A stretch of DNA of 64,000 nucleotides from NCBI GenBank assembly GCA_012295275.1, contig CM022672.1:16306001-16370000 (forward strand), in the 5' to 3' direction. A model generated the notes under the pieces. That model was given only the letters and a program-made list of their open reading frames with translations, did no database searches and had not been told where the DNA came from. The stretch is from Chrysomallon squamiferum (taxonomy: Eukaryota > Animalia > Mollusca). A program made the position numbers and the translations under genes. Below, piece by piece: positions 26,190-42,100 of the stretch (positions are counted from its first letter, which is position 1; the number at the start of each line of letters is the position of its first letter).

Positions 26190-26560
26190 TTACTTTCGCG
26201 CGTAATCTGTGCGATCTAGTGATTTACAACGAGCAAATTCTACTTTGGAGTGTGATCTGTGCGATCTAGTGATCTACACCGAGCAAATTCTACTTTGGCG
26301 TGTGATCTGTGCGATCTAGTGATCTACAACGAGCAAATTCTACTTTCGCGCGTAATCTGTGCGATCTAGTGATTTACAACGAAAATTCTACTTTCTGGCG
26401 TCTAGTGATTTACAACGAGCAAATTCTAATGAGCTATCATCTAATTTACACCGAGCAAATTCTACTTTGGAGTGTGATCTGTGCGATCTAGTGATTTACA
26501 ACGATTCTAGTTTGATCTGATCTGTGCATCAAGTGATTTACAAAGCAAATTCTACTTTGG
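26190..26560. repeat. ~50-bp minisatellite, about 7 copies, probably subterminal repeats of a DNA transposon
   Basis: Unit actttggcgtgtgatctgtgcgatctagtgatctacaacgagcaaattct; the same ACTTTGGCGTGTGATCT motif occurs at ~24535 just upstream of the Merlin-like remnant. Confidence 0.85.
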
Positions 26561-26864
26561 AATCACTTCTATTTTAATTATTATTTTGTTTATTGTTGGT
26601 TTTTTATAAAATATTTATAATTTATAGGAACAATGGGTAAAAGTAGACATATTTGAATAATTTTATCCATGAACTGAGCGAACAACTGCTAGATACGCAA
26701 GAAAAATCTTGGTTTTTGATCTATGCACTTATAATTTATAGGAACAAGGGCTAAAAAGTATTCAAATTTGAATATTGTTATTGGATTTCAATGAATAATA
26801 TGAATCGAAAATAGCAGACATTCCTCAAATTTATTTTTTCATCCATCAAATAAATAAATTTTAC

Positions 26865-27600
26865 AGGGAACCCTGAACTTTGATGCTCCACCGTTCACCA
26901 TTTCAGACAAACTACATCTTTATTCTGCTCAAAAGATTCTACATGGACAAACATGTAGAATTATACAGTTTGATGGCTTGGTTAACAGGAATCTTATTTG
27001 ACCCTACATTTGAAAATGATGTTCAAGCAGGTGATGGTACTGAAAGAAAAATGCTTTCCATTTGTCAAGACATCTTTCATTCATCAATCAGAGGGATGAA
27101 ATAAATGCCAAGCCTTAGGCACTGGCAACAACTGTAAGACACCAGACAGGTTCTTCCATTAAACAAAACTGGCCACAATTTTATGTTTTCCTAGAAACTC
27201 TTTGTGACTGCCATTTTAAATTATCATGCATCTCTTGCATCACTGTAAGTTGAGAATAATGATTCTATGCCATAGGGTTTTAACAAAAATACATTTATAA
27301 CTTTTATTTTGGGAAAATGGACATTATCAGCAAAAATTACTACATACAACACCAGTGGAATCATCATACAATCACCCAGAGATGACTTAACAAAAATTAA
27401 AAGAGGTGAAGAAAACAGTAGTCTAGGAACGTACTGAAGAACTGTGGACCACGCTAAATTAGATGTTAATTAACAAGCTGTTGTCTACAAGCAAAGACCA
27501 GACTATCTTTAGAACATAACAGCTTGCATATAGTAGCTTTGAAGCATGTACTAGTAAATATCCCAGTGTTGCACAAGAGAGCACTTTTAAATTATTTCAG
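26865..27600 (+). mobile_element. Degraded DNA-transposase remnant, possibly Academ-like
   Basis: LMAWLTG...ERKMLSICQDI...MP...ALATTVRHQTGS...LNKTGH and WEN..TLS...TT.NTSGIIIQ resemble motifs I associate with large invertebrate DDE transposases; many stops and frameshifts. Confidence 0.45.
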
Positions 27601-27854
27601 GAGGAAATCCTGCATAATGACTTGGAGGTCTTAAGCAAATCACCCGTCTTTTGTATAGTTGTACGGATGTAGTTAGATTGTGGCTATAGATTCTGTCAAT
27701 TTCCCATGCGGGCGCGTGTGTGATTATTTATATCTTGTTTCATCTTGTTGTAAAATAATGAATAATAAAATGATGCATTTACTATCATAAAAAATACAAT
27801 TTGTATTTGCAAAATATTGAAGATTATTGGAAGAAAAAAGCAGCATGAGGAATG

Positions 27855-27916
27855 TATCTATCTATCTATATATCTATCTATGTGTGTGTCTGTATGCATG
27901 TATGTATATATATATA

Positions 27917-27948
<32 letters not shown>

Positions 27949-28095
27949 CACACATATATACAAATATATATATATATATATATGTATGTATATACATATA
28001 CAAATATATATACACACACAATCATACATACATATATACATACATACATACATACATACATATATGCATTTATATATATAAACACACAGACACAC
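27855..28095. repeat. Compound TA/TG/CATA microsatellite
   Basis: Direct reading; it explains the five overlapping YI/HT-rich pseudo-ORFs. Confidence 0.95.
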
Positions 28096-30114
28096 GGTCC
28101 AGTACTGGTATTCCAAAACCTCTAGTATATGCTGATTTTTGTGAAACAATATAAAAAGATTTTGTTGCCTATCTAATACTACCATAAATTTTGACAACAA
28201 TTATTAAACACTCTGCATGTATTTCATTATAGCGTAAAGGCCTAATTCTAAATGGAAAATAAAACAAGCCCAGAGCTTTTACATAGGTCTAATTACATTT
28301 CACATAGAACTTTGAAATATTTTAGCAAAAATAGGATTTTGAGGCCAATCAGGAAAAATGCTTTAATATTGAACTACTAGAAATTTGTTTGAGATATCAA
28401 TTAATAAAGTGCCCATATGATTATCATTTACATCTAAAAAAATGTACACAGTGCTAAAAGAAGAGGAAAAGAAAAAGGAAAGGTGAATTAAAAGAAAAAA
28501 AACTGTCTGTTGGCTGCTTCCCTTTCCATGGCCCTTTGTAATTAGGCTTTTAAAATAACTTAGACTAGTCTCTTCCACTTAAGAACACTGGATTCATGTA
28601 TATCACAACTACTTCATAATCTCAGGCAAAATATGTGACTATTATGTATTTTAACATAGGTTTCCCTTCAAAAATTATTTTATGCCACTGAAAATATACC
28701 AGAATTGCTTTATGTGACACAGACTCATGGAAGCTGAAAATTTTATGAAAATGAATATTGATCATATCTAACTTTAATCATCTGTAAAAAAAAAAATTAA
28801 GCACGCATTTTTCACATGAAAAGTTAGATTTGTTAAACAGAAAAATATATCTGGTAAATATAGCTGCATAAGATTTCTATAATGTATGTATGTATGTATG
28901 TATGTATGTATGTATGTATACTAGTGTTCTATTTTGTTCTTTATAACAAATTTCATATAGGCCTCAAAAAAAAAAAAAAAAAAAAAAATTTAATAAACAA
29001 ATAAAAAATAATAAGAAGTCTGTAATCACTGAAACACTTCATCTAAAGCTATTTATGTTTTTCCATTTTTATTTTTGAAATAATGTGTAATTTATGATCA
29101 CTCAACAAAAGTAAACTGTTTTATAAGGTGTTATTTTATACACACATTAAATTAAAATATATATATATATATATATACTTTATAATTTAAAGCCAAACAT
29201 ATAAATACAGAAGATTAGTACAATATGGAATTATAAATTTATTATTTCTTAACAGTTAAAAACAGCTAATTACAAATATCTGAAGAAAAACACCAACAAA
29301 TGATTTTGAAAATAGGCCAATATTTATTAGCATTCTCTTCACAAAACAATTATTAAATCTTCTAAATTCCAACAACCACATTATTTTACTGATTTCTTAA
29401 TTATTCAATTCAAATATCTAACCATTAAGAGTAATAAGAATATTTTGCCTTAGAATATTAATATTATAAATCAAGTTTCTTTATCATCAATATCTTGTAT
29501 AAATAACTAACTGGATTACTTTAAAAAATGATGGTTGCATTGGTTTATCTAATTTGCTGTTGTCATTCACAGTGGAATTAAACTTCTTTAAATGATTTTA
29601 AAATATAAAACTGATTTTAATTTTCTATTAAATTATGGAGTTAAATTCTCGAATTATACTAATACAAACAACACTGTGCTAAATAAAATTGTGCACACAT
29701 ATATGGATACATTCCTTTAGAATTTTTTAGAACATAATTATCTTTCAGCATTATTTCCATCTTCAATAAATCATCATCCATCCTCATATTATAACTGCTG
29801 ATGTATCAAATTTACAAATAAAATTCATTCTCTTATAACTTTGATTTTGTTGACAACTGTCCCTTCTTCAAGAATGTTACATCATCAACTTATAAGCAAA
29901 GTGCCACAGTAATGGAAACCCCAAAATTAATGGTTCCCTTGTTCAAAATAATTCTGAAATATTTAATAAACTTTCTCCATATTTCCTTTCTTTGCCTTTC
30001 TTTGCCTTATTGATATTAATAAAAGGAAATAAAATATAAACAAGGTATAAATCTGATCATAGATATAACAAATTTATCTGTTTCTAAATATTTTTGAAAC
30101 TGAAAATACATTTC

Positions 30115-30171
<57 letters not shown>

Positions 30172-30649
30172 AATTAATTAATTAATTAAAAAAATATTAG
30201 TAACTGGGTTATATATAATAATAATAATAATAATCTTAGAACAACGACAGTCATACGTCAATAATGAAAACTGTATGTATCACCAATTAAAATAATACAA
30301 AAAAACATAACAAAAGTACATCTCATAGACTACCTATATTTTTGTAAACCAAAATAAACTGAATTTATTTCCCACAAATGTGTAAAAATAGTCTTTTATG
30401 ATTATAAATTCAAGTGGTATCATTTTTTTTCTACTTATGTATTTATATAGTTAAAATCAAACAAATATGTGAAATACTAAATAAATTGGATTGATCATCC
30501 AATTTTAATTGGAAAGAAAATGTGTCAAAGTTAAAAGTTCAAATATTCAAACAAAATCTGTAATAGGAAGCTAAGTAGCTTGTAAAACATACAAAGCTTA
30601 TCTATATTAAAACAATACCAAAACAAAACAAACTGAAAAACAACAACAA

Positions 30650-33600
30650 AAAAGCAATTCATATACATATAATTAATTTTTCTACATATTGTTATCTTGT
30701 ATAATGTACAAAATACTCTGACACTGAATATGCTGGCTTTAGAATTTTTAAATGTACAGTGATCAAATATGAATAACATGAACTGCAACAAATAAGCAAA
30801 ATCAATCCAAAGATATTAGATAGTTGAGAAATATTTACAATTTAATTATATATCCAAATTTACATGCCATACATCTGAAATATAAGACTGGGAAAACTTC
30901 AAGGTATACAGAATGCTACACATAAGAAACATTATGAATAAAAATTCTTCTTATTATTATTTTTTTTTTTAAAGTGGAAAAAAAATTATATTATAATAGA
31001 ATAACACTTTTGGATTTTAAAAGGAAAAATTAACTCTGAAAGCAATGTATATAAACTAAAATACATATTTAATACAAAAATGTCTGAATAAACCTTTTAT
31101 TTATTTCACTAGTTTCTAAACCATTAAATTTCAATAAATTAAAATGAACAAAAAATGAACAAACTTTAGCCTGGCATACTATATGACCAATTCTAATAAT
31201 AAAACAAAGTGAAAATGAAGATTTTTGCTTTAAACATATATTTTATTATTCACTGACAGTGTGTTTTTATACAATATTGATGATTATTTACATAATACAT
31301 TATAATACAAATACCTCACTGGTTTGTATTTAAAGTTAGTATGGTGATGTTCTATGCTCTGTAAAATATTAACTGTTTGTCTGTCTCACAGATTTTATTT
31401 ACATTTTAGTGAGCTTCTGTTAGGTTCTGTTATGTCCAATATCCCATTTCTTTATGTCAAATGTTTTACAAGAAAATTTGTTTCTTTCATGTACTATCTA
31501 TTATGCTCAGAGTTTTTCTTGGTTTATGTCATACATTGATTATGTTACACTTTCTTATATATAATGTTTTCATGTTTCAAACAAATATTGATAGTGTATA
31601 TCACATGTAATAGCAATTATTTGATATCAAATGTTACTCAAATACAACATAAAATATTGCAAAATCAAAACTTTACATTTCAAAAATCTAAATCAAATAT
31701 CTATACTTTTACCACTTTTTAAATTATATATTATGAATGAAGATTAAGTATATACAGTGACATCAGCATACAGTTTTATAAACAAACAATCTTTGTAATT
31801 TGTTATATATTTCTAATGAATATTCAAATACTTTTGAATAAGTGTTTTTATTTCTAAAATTTTATTTTATTGTCAGCTTAATTAATTATAATATTTACAA
31901 CCTATTAAAAAGATTAAATGTTTTTGCTAATTAAGTAACTAAATATATTTATGTTTTATAAAAAATATTTCAAGCATTTCACAATAATGTTATACCAAAT
32001 ATAGGAACTATTTCAGTAGTTAAAACAAATTTCAAAACATATATTCTATTCAGTGACATATTTATTATATAACACAATATAATATAAAATGTATGTTCAC
32101 TGAAAAGTTACAGAGAATATTTACTACACTAAAATACATAGAACTAAATATTCAATATAAGTTTATTGAAAGCATTTAATATGCTAAAACACTTAGAACA
32201 GTTTTATACATTTCACTGTTTTATGTTTCAATTAATTTTAAAACAGGCGACTGTTATTTCAGACAGATGTTTCATCTGTGATTCCTTTTCTAGCCAGCTG
32301 TTCTCTCACTCTTTTCAGGTAATCTGGATCAGGATACCCATTGCTAAAACAAAAATAGCATAAAAACAATTACAGGAATTAATAAATATTCCATATAGAA
32401 ATACTCACCCATCAGCACCAGAAGAAAACATTCTGACATTCAGACAAAATCCTGAAGGAGAAACATTTTTGACCCATGAAGAAAATACAGTAGTTCAAAC
32501 TATTGATTAGGGTCCCTGTCTTAGTTTTGAATGAAGATAAAGATTCACAGAAATAAATTTTCTGATATCATTTTGACTTTATAAAATTACTCCATCAGAT
32601 CTAGAACTATCTTCTATACTTAAAAGTATAAACTTTATTTTATTAAACAGAGATAAATGAAATAATTTTATATTCATATTACGAAATTTGTCTGATATAT
32701 ATGTATGCTAATTATGTGAACAAATAAAAGAATGAAAAAAAAAAAAAAAATTAAACTTACGATTCTGGACCTCCCCATGTATTTGTTTTATGTTCAATGT
32801 CACTCCATTTTATAAAGTTATCTGCCCCAATGATGAAAGTAAGTCCTCTGTCAAAAGCAATTTTCAACAATTTGTAGACTGTCCGACCTTCCTCATTATT
32901 TGGCAAATAAGCCGTCTTTCTTGTAGAATAATAGAGCTTCCCTGGATTGGGATGTCCTGCCTGGAAATGAAAACACCAATTCTGTTAGTATAAAATCATT
33001 ATTAAATTTAATAATATGACTAAAGATAACGTCTACTGTAAATTATAATAATGAACCACGTTAACTAATAAGATTAATATAGTATTTTAAATAACAAAAA
33101 AAATAAAAAACAGAAAAAAGAAAGAAAGTTTGTTGAAATTAATCTAATTTTGTTATGATAACATTAACAACAGCAAAAAAAAAAACAAAAAAAAAAATAT
33201 ATGGAAGAAAGTGAAAAAATTATATGATTCTGAATAATAAATAATTAAGAACTTACAGAACTGCAAACAAATGTTACTTTATCTTCTCATCTAATGTTAG
33301 TATAAATAAAGATTGTTATATGCTTTATTAAATGAAATTTAACTAACAGTATGCTACAGTCTGAGAAAACAATATAAATTTTTGCTGTTCTTGAATATCA
33401 TGGTTTTAAAAATTACATTACTAGTATCATTTGAAAGATAAAGAAAAAAGTACACTGTATATATACCAGTTTTTGCTATATACACTGATGTTAATGGAAT
33501 TTACTTGCTGGCAGCTATATAGTTACCTTTTCTGGTGCATTTATAGAAACTTAAACATATTAAAGTATTAGAATTAATAAATAAATATTGAATAAAAATA

Positions 33601-36312
33601 TATTTTACTCATTATATGATTTATTTTAGTATATATAATTTTGAAACTATTTTGTAATATACTGATTCTCAGAAGTTATCTTTTACATTTATCAAACAAA
33701 TAAATTCTTTGGCAATTGATTGTGATAAATGTTTAACTAATTTACATGCATTATTCATCTAATTGAATAACTGGCATGAAATGTTTTTAACTGCACATTT
33801 TGCAAATCAGATAGGAGTCATTAATAGTTTTTAAATATTTGAAAGAAGTAATTTTAAAAAAGTAATAAAAAATCTAAATGTAGTCATCATTTTTTTTTTT
33901 TTTTTATAAAGGAAAGTAGTGTTATTGACAAATATTTTATATATATGGATTGTACTATGTACTATTATGTACTATTATTTTCTTTAGTCTTCCTCACTTA
34001 ATAAATACTTTAGCTTTAATTCTCAAAATGAGTTGTTGTAAATATTTTCTGCAGATTACTAAATAATTAAAGTTTGTGATAATAAAATTAAACTATAGTG
34101 AATTGTATATCTTACCGACTGCGTGCCACCAGTAAATGAATAATTAATGACTATTGTTCCATCATAAGGATATCCTTCCAGATGGAATCCATGAATATTT
34201 AAAGACATTTGTCCCTTTGGCATACTTCCCCAAACTAGTTTGTTTACTGAGGAACAAACTGGACAGACAGATGAAAATTTATTTTTGCAGGTTTGACATA
34301 ACAGATGTTTGCATTTCTGGAACACTGCAAGGGAAGAGTCTTGTTGCTGGCAGGATGAACAGACATTTTTGTTTTGTCTGGATTCTGGTTTACATAAGGA
34401 ATTTAATAAATGTAATTTTTTAAAATGTTGAATAATTAACTTCCATCATCTGAACATGATCTGTATTCTCATCAACAATTTGAACTTGTTTGAGAAATGG
34501 ATTTGATTCTTTAGCAGCAAATTCCTGAATGGCTTCAAAGATTATTTTGGTGTAATTCTTTAGAGAGACATCTATGTAAAAAATAAATAAAAAGACACCA
34601 CACATATAAATATAAAATAATAAGAAGAAGAAGAAGAAAGAAGAAAAAATCAGAAATAAAGAAATGGAAATAAATAAATGTCAGATATGTATATTATATT
34701 ATGAAAAAATATAATTCAAAGATATGTATGATTTCCTAACCAGGATAATATAGATCAATCATTATTTGTTTCATTGATGTATTTCTTTATAATAGAAAGA
34801 TGTTGGTAAATTTGGTTGACAAAAAACATGCTTCAGGATGTTTAAAATACTTAATTAAATATAATTTCTATACAGAAATTTATTCATTTGATAGATAATA
34901 GCAATTCATATTTTCTAGTCTTTACAGCCAATTTAAATATCTAAGAGACTGATCAACAGACTAACATAACTTACCTTTTTGAATTATCAACACAGGAAAA
35001 GCAACAGATGAAAGTTCTTGAGAGTTGGCAAAAGCAAAGATTTTACTAATAATCTCTTTAAGGTTAGAAATTTCTTTCAGATCAGTTTTTAAGAATACCA
35101 AAGCATGTATGACCATTTTCTGAAGCTTTCCTTCAGTGGTTTTGGAAAATATATCCAATGGAGAACTGATTAACTGAATAAGCCTTCAAAGCTTTTCTGT
35201 ATTCTTCTCCAGCAGCTTCAGAGATATTGTTGGGCACACTATGTTTTTCTGATAAATCTGTATCATGCCAGCAGACTATGGCCTGAACATTTGAATGTAA
35301 AATGTTATCACAATATATTAATATGTCAGGTACTTTGATACTTATAGTTTTCGCTTCTGAAGTACTATTTGACATTTTTAATGATTCCTTAAATCTGACA
35401 TCAGGTCTGTGTTTGGTGCTAACAGTTGAAATTTCAGATTTAGGACTCAGCTGTTTGGTATTCTGCTGGATAACAGATTCATTACCAGCCTTTTCCTTTG
35501 ATCTAGCTGATAGACAGGCAGACAAAGAAGTAGAATGTTCATTTGCATGTTTTGTGTTAGCTGAAAACTGTCTTTTAGATCGCTTTGTAGGCTTAATTTT
35601 GTTAAGATAAATGATTGCTTTGGTTTTTGCCTCATCTGTTCTGTCTCTATTATTACCAATTATCACCAGTTTGTCACAGCAGTATTTGCAAAAGACACAT
35701 CACTGAATTCTTCCCCAAGTTTATTTTCAGCCTGTTTTGCTTTTTCTGATTCTGAAGATGAAATATCAATGTCAAATCTTATCATACCTTCAATCTGATG
35801 ATAAAGTTGCTTTGATTCATCAGGATTTGAAGTAATTGGAAAAGATATTTTCACTTTGTCATTTACAGTTTGTGTGATACAATACTTTTCAAGCAGATGT
35901 TTTTTAATAATTTTCTTAGCAGCTTCATAGTGACAAGAGTCAATAACAATTTCTTGAAACTGATTAGCATTCATTTTTAAAGAAGAATACTGTTGTGGTT
36001 GTTTCAGTCTTGCACCTTCTCCCATCTGATAAGATAGTCTATGTGAAAAATGAACTACATCAGGTTGAGAGTTTTGAAATCTGTCTATTATTTTGTATAC
36101 TTCAATTAGAAGTTTAAAGGTTTTTGCTTTCACTGTGAATGTTGGTGGATTTGACATTTCACATTTCATGACTTTTACACCATCCAGACTTTCAAGTTGC
36201 TTTAGTAGATGATCATGTCCTTGACATCTAAGAATTGATGGGTTAAGGTTCATCTTATGGTTGAAATCCTGAAGTACAGAAATACATATTTATTTACTTA
36301 CATGATGGTGTG

Positions 36313-36355
<43 letters not shown>

Positions 36356-39088
36356 AGAAATTAATATTTAGGTTTCAAACAAAATCATAATTGATTGATA
36401 TGTAAAATAACTGCAATTCTTAGATTTTTTTTAATGGTTCATTAATTTAATATTTTACTAATGAAAACTCTTCAAGGTACCTAGACATTTTTTATGTGTT
36501 TTCAAAATTTGGCCATCTCAAAATCACACAAATTTTGGTATATAGTAAACATTATGAAAATTTATTTAATTTAAAAGTTATTCATACTATTAATAACAAA
36601 CCTCAGTTTCTTCAGTATCTTGTGACTCTCTGTCATCTGTAAGTCATTTTTGTAACAATTAAAATTCAAATATAGCTGAACAAGAAAAATAAATCACAAG
36701 TTTGCATGATACTTAAACATGAGAATTATTTTTCCAATATTACAAGTTTATAATATAAATTTATATGAAAATTATTACTATTTCAAATAAAAAGTAAGAT
36801 TATTACATTAAAAAGGTACACATTTTTTTTTGTTTTAAAATATATAACTCAATATTTTACAATCATTTTACCAGCTATTTCAACATCTAAAGATGACTCT
36901 ACAACTATGTTTTCTTGATTCTGAAAAAATGTATAAGAAACAGAATTATTAATAGTGCATCAAAGATCAATAAAGCAAAAATATCACACATATTATGTTG
37001 ACAATTTATTTGGAATATCAAAGGTTTTAGGTTTTATCTAGTCATAGGACCAAAAAAGACTAAGGAATTTTGTTACTGAATCAAACAGATCAGTAATTAC
37101 TGACTCACATTTAAATAACAAAAGAAGAAATAAAGGCAAAAAATGAGCAACAACCCCCACCCTCGGTGAAAAAGGAACATCATATTAATTTGTTAAACAT
37201 TATTACATTTAACCACAGTTGAATTTTATTTTCCTTAACTTTCAGTTAGATTAGATGTCATTACTAAACCAAAATGTAATGATATAAACAAACAGTCTTT
37301 AAAAGGGATAACATTTTACCTTTTCAAATTGTGAAATTAAATTTTGTTTAGTTTTTTCATTTTTCTCAGATGAATTTGATGTAATCTTCAAAATTCCTAC
37401 ATTTTCCTCATCATGATCAATGTCTTGGTTTGATCCAAATCCTGAAAATATTTTAAACAAGGGTAAATGGAAATTCATTATAAAATAAATAATAATTATG
37501 ATTATTGCATAACTGAGTTTAAAGAAAAAATATATTTGAAATATTAATTTATTTCTGAATGTAAATCATTTGTTAGAAAAATGAATTATTTGTGATATCA
37601 ATCTCAAACTAAAACTTACCAGCAAATGTCAGCAATTTTGAAAGTATTGATTGGCTGTTTTCATGCAGTAATTTTGCAAAGTTCTCATAGTCCTTTTTAT
37701 TGTGTACTGGTAGTGTGATGAGACATATCTTCTTCTTAATCTCACTATCATTCAGACATTCCACCAAAGCCGAACATACCACTTCAGCATTCTTTGCTAA
37801 CAGGCCTGAAATTTGTTTGATCTTTTCATTAAATACAAATTCTACAAAATTAATAATTTAAAAAAAAAGACAAAAAAATATCAACATATATAATCTTTCT
37901 ATTAATTTCAGTTAATTGAGAAAGAAAGTAAATTGTTCTCTTAATTTTTCTATCCTATTCCATTTTATTTGGTCAGAATATCTTTTAACTTTACAAAAAA
38001 ATTTCTGCAATTCTTAAGAGAACAGTGCAATAAATGTACAGAATACAACCACAGAAGCAACAGTAATTAAAAAACTCAGTGCTTAATTACAGTCCTTTTC
38101 ACTAAATAAATTAAGTTTTGAAATAGATTTATTTTAATATAGTTTTTTGAATCAAAGATATATCAGATTACCATGTGAAGTAATAGGCATTTGCAGTGTC
38201 TGTAAATTATGAGATGCTGCAATCTTCAAGCTCTTATTTATGGCTTCTTTTAGATCATTAGTAGTATACTGCTTTATCAAACAGTGAATCAACATCCTTG
38301 AAGCTGGCAAAGAATGTGCTCTAGTTTTTACAAATCCATCAGTTTTAAGAGCTGAAACTTTAATAAAGAAAGATTAATTAATTATTTAGCTAGTAATAGA
38401 GAAAGTAAGATATATATATATATATGTATACATACACACATATACACAGTGGTACCTTGACTTACAAGTTTATTTCATTCCATGACACAGTGTGTAACTC
38501 AATTTGTCATATATCAAATCCGTTTTCCCAAATGAAATTAATTGAAATACCATTAATCCCTTCCAGTCCCACCCAAAAACCATCCCAATTTTTTGTAACG
38601 TGTTTTTGAATATGAAAAATGTATTTATAAATGGCAAAAACTGTATAAAAACAAAACAAAACAGAAAGTAAAGAAATAAACTGGTTTTGTGAAGTATATT
38701 TATCTCGGAGATCATACAACCTGGCCTAACTGAAAATGCAAATTAAAAATAAAAATTTGGCAAAATATTGCATAAAATGCAAGCACAACACAACAAAGAT
38801 GCTTCCACAGTGAGGTAACCATGTGAAGTAAATGAGTGAAATGCAGGATACTAGCGGCAGCATATCTGAAGTTTACTCATAACTCAAACTTTGCTTGTTA
38901 TGAGCAGTTGTCTTGCAACTATATATATATACATACATACGTACTGTGGTACCTTGACTTAAGAGTGCACCAACTCCGATTTTTTGTTTAGAGTTGCAAG
39001 CCAACTGCTCATAACTCAGAGAACTTGTAAGCTGGTGCACTCCTAAGTCAACGTACCACAGCATGTATGTATATATATATCTGCATAC

Positions 39089-39158
<70 letters not shown>

Positions 39159-42100
39159 TTTTTTTTTACAGTATTACTGTTTATATCAGTACCATTATTT
39201 TGTCTAAATAATATTTCAGTTAAGTGTAACAATTAATGCACCAAAAAAACTGATGTTCCATTTAATTTCATGTCTAGTGGTTAAAACCAGCATTAATTTC
39301 ATTTATGTATTTACTTCCATGGTCATGTTTAATGTTTTCAGACCTTGGAATCATAATCATATCAAGTACATAAAAGTGACTATTTCTCGATATCATTTGA
39401 TTTTTACCGGAACTGTTCTACACTAAAAATGTTAACTAACAACTAATGCACAACTTGTTTCAAAGAAAACACTAATTAAGAAATATGGGAACAGTTCAGG
39501 TATTTAACTTGCAGTAAAACTGATGACAAATACAAAAACAAATCATTTCAGTTATAGAAAGAAACACATATAATGAAATTTAATTTACTATTTAAAATAG
39601 GTAATATCGTTAGGAAGGGTAGGGGCAGAAATCCTGAGGATGAATCTTTTGTATTAGTCCCTCATAACATTAAATTATTTCACTAGTCAACAAATATTTT
39701 GAGAAGTTTGAATGAATGAAAATAATATTTCTGATTTGGCATGCTTAGTTTGAGACTGAATTCATACAATGAAATTTCATGTAATCTCATTAGGAACAAT
39801 AAGGTCACAAGTAATGGAAGAACTTTTTTTATAATAGTCCTTATAACATTAAATCAATTTACTAGACAGCAACTATTTTTTCGTTTGGTTATAAATGAAG
39901 ATTTTGGTAGCTGAATTATTTTCTAATAAATAAAACATATTGATATTTTTAAGTTTTCTACTTACTGCATTCACTCAGTTTTATTGCTTTAATATCTTCA
40001 TGTCTCATTAATGGATGCTTAGTTGGTTCTGGAAATATGAAAGTTAGAAACACTTAGATACAATCAGATATTTGCTATATGCTGAATCATTCATAATACA
40101 CATGAGAAGATAAAAACAATTTTTCTATCCTTTCAGAAAATCCTCTTTAAACACATTTTTCTAATTAAAAATTATTTTACTTTTAAACAACTTATTATTT
40201 TATTTATATGAATTATTTTTTGTGACTAAAAAATAATATTATATTAATTATTAATGTGCTAGCCAACTCGTTAAAAAAAAACGATAACTAAAACAAGATA
40301 AAGGTGTAAATATTGAGACCTTTTATCTGAATTCATTTACATTTCTGCAGTATTTAAAATATAAAGTTTAATGAATCTCACCTGATAAATCCTTGCATTG
40401 CCAGAAACAAAGAATAGATTCAGATTTTCCTGCACATTGAGAGATATTTCCTAGAATGAGCTGAATATCAATACCATTGAAAGTGAAGATTCTTCCTGAA
40501 ATGTTTAATTAAACATATAGAGTATCCACATAGTTAAAACACTGAGTAATGTAAAGATTTTCTTTTTGATAAACCTTTAATTTGTGTTTGTGTTAAAAAA
40601 AAATATCATTAAAACATTAGTAGAAATCTTTAAGTCAAATAAAAAGGTACTTTTGATTCCTCCTTAGATAGACCATACAAATGTCCTGTTACTTATACTG
40701 ACAGGATCAAATATCTAGAACATAAATATGACCTGAAACCCTGTCAACAACTGACTTTAGATGCTGTATCAAATGACATTTGAAAAAAAAAATAATAATA
40801 AAAAAAAATTATATGTAAATAAAACTAAATGTAAATATAATTTTATAAACATCTCATTTTCTTTCAGTAACATCAATTATAAATTTAATTTAGACTCATT
40901 CTTGACATATAGAGTGGTGCATAACATAAATATTTCATAGCTTCATCCATAAAACTATATATCCCCAATATTTAAACATAACAGCTGAATACTTAGAAAA
41001 CACATGACATAATAATGAATATAAAATGAAATTTCTAAGACATTTTGGTTATTATAAATCCTATATCATGTAATGCACACATTCTCAAGCATGGGTCAAG
41101 CTGACTCTCAGACAAAGACATGCTACACAATAGACTGCTCTGATTAGCACATTGAATTTTCACTCATTCAATGTTTAATAAAACAAAACAAAAAGAATCT
41201 AAATTTATAATGCTGCGAATAATTCAGGAACTAACTGAAATTAAAAACTGTTACCTTTTTCTGCCCCATAGCTTTGCTGCATGTACTTTGAGAGTAATAT
41301 CTGAAACAGAAGATATTTAAATGTTTGCTAAACAATACCATTTTCTGTTTGTAGTATGTATCCATACAAATTTGATTTATAAACCATTGTTTTTCTAAAA
41401 TATGTTAGTAATTACTTAATTACTTTTTTGAATTTTGCTATAGCAAATCATCTTTTTTATTTCTTTTTCAATGCTATTTTTTTCAGAAAATAATTATTGT
41501 TATGATTTGTTTTTTGTTTTGTTTTGTTTCTTTCTTTTTTTTTTTTTTTTTAGTTTTTTTCTGGGAAACTGAAATCAAATATCAAGGTAAAAAGTGTAAA
41601 AATCTTGAAAATTTAAATCTTCATTTTGATATATTGAAAGGAATATTGCACGGAAACCTTTAAAGGAAATAATAATAATAACTGTCAAAGGCTAAGACAT
41701 ACCTTTTTAATTGTATTGTTAAAAGGATCATCATATATAACAATGCCAACTTTCTCAATGATGGAATCTTTTTTTTCTGTGAAATGTTTTTCCACAGCAT
41801 TCAAAATAGTTGCAAAAACAATCTCTGGAGGATAGTTTAAGTTTCCAATACCAAGAGTAGGAAATGCAATTGTCTTGTAATGATTTTTTTCACACAATGT
41901 CAAACATTCCAGAATGAAGTTAGTCATTTCGGTTGTCTATAGAAAATAAAGGCAAGAGTTAAATAAAGATGGTTGATTAATAAATTAATGCATCAGATCA
42001 TTTCTATTATGTTAACTGTTGTTTAATGTATGATATTTGATAATAAATACATATTCATATTAAGATGTATTAACATATGGAAAAAAAGAGTTGCATGCTT

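Noticed and set aside
26190-26560. CRISPR-like regular repeats
   Set aside because: Units are contiguous with no unique spacers, there are no cas genes, and the context is eukaryotic; it is a minisatellite.
27817-28200. Five overlapping ~100-aa ORFs
   Set aside because: Translations of a TA/TG/CATA microsatellite.
29300-30050. Possible decayed LINE fragment
   Set aside because: No recognisable reverse transcriptase or endonuclease motif could be read.
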